Shown here: positions 55,187 to 64,000 of the stretch, in pieces
Position numbering within the stretch: position 1 is the stretch's first letter
How the letters are laid out: every line of letters starts with the position of its first letter
NCBI GenBank assembly: GCA_964016885.1
Contig: OZ024740.1
Span: forward strand, 402,938,001-403,002,000
Source: Eledone cirrhosa
Taxonomy: Eukaryota
Direction of reading: 5' to 3'
DNA length: 64,000 bases
Position numbers and translations under genes: made by a program
Notes under the pieces: generated by a model
What the model saw: only the letters and a program-made list of their open reading frames with translations
Told to the model about the DNA's origin: nothing
The model's database searches: none

Positions 55187-56620
55187 TCAAGGTGGTTGAG
55201 TTATCGTAGGAATGTCAATCCAGTTACAGATCAGATGTGATTTCAGATGAGGACAACATCTGAAGATCTCGGTCTTTGTGTTCAGGCAAGCAGAAGTGGC
55301 TTTCAAGTTTAGCAAAATCGTATATTTTTCCGTGGTACACAAAGAACAGTTCTTTGTGCCCCTTTGGTACTCCCTCGAATGGTCTAAATAGACCATTCGA
55401 TAGAGTACGGGATTTTTTTATCCTTGAATTCCCGCACCTTACTTGCGAGGGCCGTTGCTGTTCGTTTATCGGAGTGCTTAAAAGAAGCGACATGTGCATA
55501 AAACCTGGTTTTAAACCTGTCCTGGGTCATGCCAACATATCGCTCACGCCTGGCTGGCTGGTTGTTGATTAAAGGTGTCACTTTGGCCTCATAAACAATG
55601 GATTTGGTGTTACATTTGCCCTGTAATGGGCATTCATCCGGCTTCCTGCAACTGCATCCTGGATTTGTTTTCGTACGATTTGAATTAGTGATCTTAGACT
55701 TCATTGATGGGCAACAAGAGCAACTGATCTTAACTACATTTCTATTAAATATTTTATAATATCTATGATTAGGAGGAAAATGTTTATCTAAGAGGTCAAG
55801 GAATTCCTTCCTACATTAGTTTTGACAGTTAGAGAGAAGGGGGGTGTAAACCAAATAAGTTTCCTTTTCCTATTATTGTGGTTAGTTTTAGGGCGGGGGA
55901 GTAGGTAAATAATAAATTTGTTCTGTAAAACCGCTGTTATTAAGGGCTTTATTATAATAAGGGGCGGCTTTATTAAAAATGTCTAGAGACGAAGATAAGG
56001 TAGAAATCCTACGGCTAATGTTGGGAATAAGATTTTTTAAAACTATAGGGGGATGGCAAGACTCTTTGTGTATATATCTAAGATTTTCATTAGGTTTATG
56101 ATAAGGTTTAAAAGATGCGGTAAGTAGATCAATATTAATGTCAAGAAAGTTAGCATTGGTAAGGTTCGTATCTATAGTAATTTTAAGGTTAAGATTAGCA
56201 AAAGTATTGATTAAATCTTTCCGGAATTTATCAAGGTTATGGCCGTTGGTGGTATGAGAAACTGCCAATCCGTCATCACGGTATAAACCGATATCATGGG
56301 AAGGAAATTTCTCTTTGAGGGTGTGGAGAAGGAATAATCCTACTAAGTCACACACATCCGCACTGTCATATGAACCCATTGCAACATCAAAAGAGTTTTC
56401 AGGGTTTGACTTTTTAACCCAAATACTTTCATTAGTAAAGAGTAAAGTTTTTCTAGCATGAAAGATAATGTCTTCTTCTAATTTAGAAATATTAATGAAG
56501 GGTCTTGCAAACTCTAAGGCATTAGTTAATAAGGAAAGAGTAATAGAGGGGTAAACATCAACAATATCAAATTGGGTAAATCTACACTTATTTTTACCTT
56601 GTATATTATTAACCAAGAAA
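55187..56620 (-). pseudogene. Penelope-like RT plus C-terminal GIY-YIG endonuclease, 5'-truncated and frameshifted (possibly Hydra-type)
   Basis: FDIVDVYPSI, AMGSYDSADVCDLVG, YRDDGL, FLDINID, WFTPPFS, CSCRKPDECPLQGKC, IVYEAKV..YVGMT..FKTRFYAH, CSLCTTEK, LNTKTEI..CPH. Confidence 0.9.
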
Positions 56621-56836
56621 TAACAGAGGAAGTATTTAACCATTGTGATAGGTCAGTCTTAGTTCTAATTTGGAGAATTATTTATATATATATGAAAAGT
56701 CACTAATCCTACTTTCAAAGAGTTTGTTTATGCGTACTCTAATGTGTATGTTATATGTATGTGTACACAAACGATACGAAAAAAATAACTCACACACACA
56801 CACATGTATGCATATATATATATATATATATATATA

Positions 56837-57022
56837 ATTATTTCTACATTTGGCACAAGGCCAGCAATTACCCAGTGCATTACTGGTACTTTATTTTATC
56901 GACCCCGTAAGGATGAAAGGCAAAGTTAACCTCGGCAGGATTTGAACTCAGATCGTAAAGGAACGTAACTCTGCTGGAAAGCATGGCGTCCGACTCTCTA
57001 CCGATACTGCCAATCCACCGTC
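56837..57022 (-). mobile_element. Nin/Deu tRNA SINE
   Basis: Same family as 42925-43145. Confidence 0.85.
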
Positions 57023-57029
57023 CTTTAGC

Positions 57030-57477
<448 letters not shown>

Positions 57478-58456
57478 GCTTAGATAGCAGAACGTATGTG
57501 TACAAAAACCACACCCGTACTGTGTATTACTTGTGACAGTATCTAGTTAGCTCAATGTACGAAAACAGAGCTGTTATAGTAAGAGAAAACAAAGAGCGCT
57601 TATAACATCAATCAATTTTTATTGGTTGACAGTATTTCATCCGTTTTTTGTTCCCCTTGCCGGATATGCCTCAAACAATGTTTAAACCAGGTATGAACTG
57701 TCTGTTATGAATTTCTCGTTGTGAATTGACTGCTTCAGCTTCTTCTATACACTTACCCTGCTTTGCTTGTGTTCCTGCTTCTGCCTGTGCTGTACCCATC
57801 CTTATGCAAGACTAACACCTCTTATCCGCACAGCTCCACTGTCTTATGGTTACCCTAACCGTGCTGAATTTGGAGAATACTAAATCCCCTCTGAACCTTA
57901 TTGCCATAATTTAAGAGATACATGGCACTTCTCTATATGACACTCCGGTTGATGCCTAGTCCTATTGTAATTTATCTGCTGTAATATTTGAGTGCACTGT
58001 GGCTCACCCTGTGACACTATAGGACATAAGACTCTTTGTTATGGGAAATCATCTGGCATATATCTATTTGACTGTGACCAATGCATGCTTCCTCTCCTTG
58101 CGTTTGTGTGCCCTCATATGCATCTATGCTATGCCTTCCCCTCTCTCTTGTTAATTATTTTGTTAAATATATATTTTATTTATTTTTTTTTTTTTAATTA
58201 TTTTTTAGTATTCTTTCTTTTTACTTTTTTCTTTATCGCCTTGACTGATTCCTTGACATGCATCTATCTCTTGGGTGATTACTTCAGTTTATTTTATTTT
58301 TCCTTATTTTCCCTTATTTTTCCTTACTCTGACTAACAACCTTATTATGTATCATCTCCATTCTCACTATTATCCTATGATCCTGTACCATACATCTATT
58401 GTTCTTATGATGTAGGTCGGTAGAGCTTATCTTCATTATTGTACTTTTGTTTTCAA

Positions 58457-58503
58457 CGCTCTGATGAGTCCTACCCCTTGGTATGGATGAAACACTGTCA
58501 GCG
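58457..58503 (+). ncRNA. Type I hammerhead immediately followed by AATAAA
   Basis: CGCT-CTGATGA-GTCCTACC-CCTT-GGTATGGAT-GAAA-CACTG-TC-AGCG. Confidence 0.9.
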
Positions 58504-58545
58504 AATAAAAATTGATTGATGTTATACTCGCTCCTTGTTTTCTCT

Positions 58546-58604
<59 letters not shown>

Positions 58605-58639
58605 ACGCTACATTCAGAATTCACAGACACACACAGATA

Positions 58640-59240
58640 CACACGCACGCAGAAGCAAGAACGGACTCTCACGTCGATTCGACGTATGAAGGTTCAACAG
58701 ACTTTTCAGTTCATTGTTTTATGTTCATGCCTCAAATGGCACCTCAAGCCAGCCGCTGATTTAGATATCAATCCGCATTCGGTGCAGGTAACAGGATCTT
58801 GAACAGAGCAGGGTGGAATGTCTGACCAGACTCTTATCTCACAGAGGTGGGCTAAACGAGATTTCTCAAAGTTCTTTATACCTTCGTGGCAGACAGTTCT
58901 CCATTTTTTACGGTTAGTAATCATAGCTTCAAACGAAGAAAGAGATACGTTGACAGTCTTAAGATTGTACTTAGGTTTATTCTTATATCGGAATGGTAGC
59001 CTGCCCACACTATGCACACTATCCTGAAGCTGACTGTACAGCAATACCTTAGGTGTGTGGTGCTCGGACATCCTTAGGACATGACCAGCACATCTGAGTT
59101 GGGATTATCTCAGAAATGACTCAATCCCAACAATGTTGCACCTTGCAAACAGTTCGACATTGGAGACTCTGTCAGAAAGTGTATATCCACAGACAGAATG
59201 AAGACAACGGTTGTGGAAAACATCAAGCTTATAAATATGA
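58640..59240 (-). mobile_element. RTE (BovB-like) LINE 3' fragment with a C-terminal C2H2 finger
   Basis: AGHVLRMSEHHTPKVLLYSQL...CTECGLISKSAAGLRCHLRH. Confidence 0.82.
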
Positions 59241-59399
59241 GTGTGGTATATATAAATGTATATATATATAACGAATGAGATGTGATAAGGAACCAGATGG
59301 ACCATAACGTACCAGAGTACTCAATACTTAGGGTAGTAGAGTGGGTAATAGGAAAGTGTTTGACTCCGACGGCAGAACTCAAGCCGTTTCAACGGCTAT

Positions 59400-60209
59400 A
59401 GATATTTTGTAAGTAAGTTAACTTTTAAAATTTTCTTAATTTACGTCATTCATATAATTGTTCTGCATCCCCTTGCATTGAACCACAAAGTTACTAAATT
59501 TGCCAAAACTGCTACTATAGTTCATAGTAGTGGCTCGGCTACTGTCTTTTTAACACCCCACTCCTCACTGATTAATCTCGATGTTACGTGATTGATTCTT
59601 TTGAATTTGCCACCGACCAAGTAGGCAGTATTTTTTTCAATGTCTTGGAATTTAGTCCACGCTTGCTTTTTTTCCATCCACTGAATTATTTTTGTATAAG
59701 TTCCCTGTGTCCACGCATCGCCAGGTATCTTAGCTGAGAACAGACTTCCTGATAACGAAACGGCTTCTCCATGCTTTCCATTTGGAAACCATGTTTATTC
59801 CCTTTCAGAAACTAATTAGTTGGAGTGAAATTTTAGTAAGTTAATTTTTAAAATTCACTTATTTTACGTCATTCATATAATTGTTCTGCATCCCCTTGCA
59901 TTGAATCACAAAGTTACTAAGGCAAAACCTATATATTTGCTAGCATAGGTATGCATCTGTATATATATGTTGGTAGATATACTAATTCTTTATAATTATC
60001 TCCAAATTATTTTGTTGAGCAAAAATTTGCCAAAACTGCTACTATAGTTCATAGCAGGCTTGGCTAGTGTCTTTTTATCACCCGTTTAACGAAACGGCTT
60101 CTCCATGCTTTCCATTTGGAAACCATGTTTATTCCCTTTCAGAAACTAATTAGTTGGATTGAAATTTTAGTAAGTAAATTAATTTTTAAAATTTTCTTAT
60201 TTTACGTCA

Positions 60210-60215
<6 letters not shown>
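59400..60215 (+). mobile_element. Tandem copies of the 8268-type unit with internal deletions; HHR at 59744-59826 (CTGATAA core)
   Basis: ACTTC-CTGATAA-CGAAACGG...CCCTTTCA-GAAA-CTAATTAG-TT-GGAGT; partial copy at about 60088-60158. Confidence 0.75.
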
Positions 60216-60249
<34 letters not shown>

Positions 60250-60255
<6 letters not shown>

Positions 60256-60890
60256 TATGTACACGTACATACATATATGTATACAGACTTACAGTAGTAT
60301 GTATATATATATACATACATGCACACATATATATATGTACGTATGGATTCACCGAGCATTTATTATAATGCTCGGTGTGTTTGTAAACAAATATCCCGAA
60401 TTAAGCCGTACAGTGTCTAGCAACCATCGTTGCTCATCTGTTCAGCACTGACAAAGGAACGCTGTACTAGTTTCATGCTTATTAGCTATCGTCAGCAACG
60501 TATACCTTCCTGCCAGATTGTTGAACGAATGTACTTACCTTATGCATGTTAATGGCTGAGTAGCCCAATTTGCATATCGAGTAGGTTAATCGGCCGGGTG
60601 CACCGAAAACGATAAACGGAAAAAATGAAACGAAATTTCATTTCCCACTCTTAGTACGGCTGTTACTTAAATATAAGTATGTACACGTACATACATATAT
60701 GTATACAGACGTACAGTAGTATGTATATATATATACATACATGCACACATATATATATATGTACGTATGGATTCACCGAACATTTATTATAATGCTCGGT
60801 GTATTTGCAAACAAACATCCCGAATTTAGCCGTACAGTGTCTAGCAACCATCGTTGCTCATTTGTTCAACACTGTTGAACAAACGTATAT
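60250..60890 (-). mobile_element. Second locus of the ~421-bp retrozyme-like unit (about 1.5 copies); HHR at 60460-60500
   Basis: High identity to 35228-36853; CGTTG-CTGACGA..GAAA-CTAG-TA-CAGCG. Confidence 0.85.
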
Positions 60891-62964
60891 AATATATACA
60901 CCTTACTTTCTTCTTCTTGCTTTTCCCTTTCTTTTTCCTTTTTTCTCTACCTCCTTCTTTCAGCCTCACGTCACTATCGTTGCTATAAAAAGCACTGTAT
61001 CTTCTACTCGTCACATAAAATTCTATATGTACCTGTTATGGCCTACTTGCTGTAAGTTATTGTTTTGTTTTGTTTTTTACTTCACGGATAGATTTTTGGC
61101 TTGTGTCAGACGCTGTGAACCCAGGTGGACCAACAGTACCATTGGTATGGATCCAAATACCAAAGTCCATTCGACGGTTGAAGATCTTGGAGTATTGTTT
61201 TCCTTTTTTTTAATTAAAAGAAAGTTTAAGGTTTTCCATTTAAAAACATTTTTCTTTTGTTCTGCCTTGTTTTCGTTCGTTTTCTCCTCTTTGTTAATTT
61301 TCCTATATATATATTCGCTTCTGTCATTCACTCAGTTTTTCCTCTTCTCCTCTATCTCAATTAATCAATAATCCTTTTTCATGTTTATATTTGCCGTCGG
61401 GTATTCATTAACCTTACTATTATACCCCAAGAGAGAAGGTGAGAGTCTGGAATGGGATTCGTTTTACTTAAGGATAAGAAAATCAGTGTTCATTTTTTTT
61501 CTAGCCCACCCATCAACTAATATTTGACCTTAGATACGTGAAACGAACATAACTAGTTAAATCCTTTAGTAATATCTCTAAACGAAGATTGTCTTCAAAA
61601 CCACTCCTACTGCCATTGACATTATTTTTACCTACTCTAAGTTTTAAAAATCCTCCGCACCTCCCAATTTTTGATACCTCCAATACAATCATCGCCATAA
61701 CTGCTATTGCTGGTACAATCACTACCACTGCCTCTACTACGATTATTTCAGTCACAATAGCCCTTTTCTATGATAAGCAACAAACATTGTTATAAGCCCA
61801 ACATCGACACTACTAACAACAGCAATGCTATTAACAACACATCCCCTGACTTTCTTTGATGCCGAAACTTCGACAAAAGATGTATAATAATATTAAAAAC
61901 AAGAGGGAAGATACGTTGACAACATAGGTTGGAAAAAGAGCAGCGAGCAATAAACGACGTATAAGAAGGTGGGATGAGAGTTGTGATGCAGTCACACAGA
62001 TAAAATCTAGAAGGAGGTGTGGTAAAAACGAAAAGAAAAAAAAACAACAAAGCATATAACGATAAAGTTAAGGAAGTAGTGGTAGGGATGGATTTTAACC
62101 GCGGCCAGCTTTTCTTACTCCCTCCCTCCGTCTTTCAGTTAGCTATCCCAGGACATTAGAATTACTCAGCTGTGGTGTATAGTAGACAGGTCAGCGTGGT
62201 TTTACTCGTGGATACTTAATATCAGTTCTCGTGTGAGGGGGGGGGGGGATTAAGGAAGAGAGATACAAAGAAAATAATGAAAAAAAAAGATTGAAAAGTA
62301 AAAGAAAATCAAACAATAAAAGAAAAATAAAGATTACAAAGTAGTAAAAATTGAGAGAAGAAAAAAAGGAAGAAAAATGAAAGCTAGTCACTTAGATGGA
62401 TTCCATTGTTAAAGGGACACTTGCTGAGGCGATCATTACAATTGCTAAAGGCTCTTAAAACCCTGCTTATTCTCAAAAGCCTTCTTATACCAGGTATCAA
62501 TTTTCAAAGCTACAATCCAACGTACGCACATATACATACACACACATACACACACACACACATACACACACACTCACACAAACATCATCATCAACATCTA
62601 CACCAGCACCATGGTAAATGCTCACACACCGAAACCAACACTACCACTGTATACACGAACGTACACATACATACATATACCATACACATTAGAGTACGCA
62701 TAAACAAAGTCTTTGAAAGTAGGATTAGTCACTTTTCATATATATATTATATATATAGGAAAAAGTATGACCCCGATGGCAGAGCTCAAGCCGTTTCGAC
62801 GGCTATTTCTGGACTACTACCCACTCTACTACCCTAAGTATTGAGTACTGTGGTGCGTTATGGTCCATCTGGTTCCTTACCGCAATTCCTTTGTTATATA
62901 TATATGTATATATATATATGTGTGTGTGTGTGTGTTTGTTTGTTTGTGTGTGTGTGTGTGTGTG

Positions 62965-63164
62965 TGAGTCTTGGTTTCAATCGGGGGTAACCTCAGTTAG
63001 GAAGATACTCAATATTTTAGAGGTTTGTAAACATTAGGATTAATATAGAAATGGCTTCTACAGGACTAGAACTGTTTCATTCAAAATCACCAGGAAAGGT
63101 TTCCTGATGATTTACTATGAATAAAACAGTTCTAGTCCTGTAGAAGCCATTTCTATGTTAAACT

Positions 63165-63168
<4 letters not shown>
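62965..63168. mobile_element. Back-to-back inverted pair of hammerheads (63053-63099 -, 63098-63148 +), 25636 family
   Basis: One copy has a CTGGTGA core, the other has AAAA for GAAA; stem III CAG/CTG and stem I conserved. Confidence 0.7.
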
Positions 63169-63236
<68 letters not shown>

Positions 63237-63447
63237 AAACGAGTAGGACCCCGACGGCTGAGCTCAAGCCGTTTCGACGGCTAATTCTGGACTAAATTTA
63301 GTCCAGAATTAGCCGTCGAAACGGCTTGAGCTCAGCCGTCGGGGTCCTACTCGTTCCTATTACCCACTCTACTACCCTAAGTATTGAGTACTTTGGTGCG
63401 TTATGGTCCATCTGGTTCCTTACCATATTTCCTTCGTTATATATATA

Positions 63448-63670
63448 TATACAAATATATTACACAAATAGAAGTGTGTTACACAGTGAAATGTGTGTAA
63501 AAAATTATTACAAGTGATTTTTACCGTTACTGTATAGAAAACAATATCTACAGGTTTATCTAAACCTGTAGATATTGTTTTCTATTCAGTCACGGTAAAA
63601 ATCACTTGTAATAATTCTTTACACACATTTCACTGTGTAACACACTTCTATTTGTGTAATATATTTGTAT
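63448..63670. repeat. Near-perfect ~220-bp palindrome (fold-back tail)
   Basis: atacaaatatattacacaaatagaagtgtg... mirrored around about 63559. Confidence 0.88.
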
Positions 63671-63760
63671 CTGAGCTCAGAAGGAAATTCTCTATTCTTC
63701 TTTGAGGTAATATTATTATTATTACTGTGAACTACGGAATGCTCTTAATTCCGATCCTAG

Positions 63761-63844
<84 letters not shown>

Positions 63845-64000
63845 CATATCTATATATTAATTTCAAGAATGTCAGTATTCCGTGTGTCATAATTCTCGAT
63901 TATCATTGGTTCATAGGTTTCAAATGACTCCGCCCACCTCAACGACGCCAAACTTAAATTAATATGCATAATGCCAATGAGGGAGTGAGAGGGGAGAGTA

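Overview
AT-rich, microsatellite-saturated animal DNA, probably from a cephalopod such as Octopus (inferred from the Nin/Deu- and CORE-type tRNA SINEs and the TA/CA/GATA load; not verified). Almost all ORFs in the supplied track are microsatellite artefacts. The real coding sequence is mobile-element derived: a Chapaev3-type DDE transposase, two fused L1/Tx1 LINE copies, several RTE LINE fragments and two Penelope-like element (PLE) remnants. There are also two non-autonomous Helitrons, a MITE and many SINEs, and possibly a few minus-strand host exons at 23-28 kb. The main signal is that the short unique cassettes sitting inside (TA)n tracts carry type I hammerhead ribozymes (HHRs). By hand I can fold about 30 complete or slightly mutated HHRs from more than a dozen sequence families, plus a family of 3'-half HHR fragments at 8 loci. 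Several lie in non-coding tandem or inverted units of about 612, 552, 466, 421, 337 and 504 bp that resemble retrozymes (candidate circular RNAs mobilised by PLE machinery). They include U3-A8 core variants, versions with very long stem II insertions, and a clan with an octamer plus TATA-like module upstream. All folds were done by eye and no activity is demonstrated.
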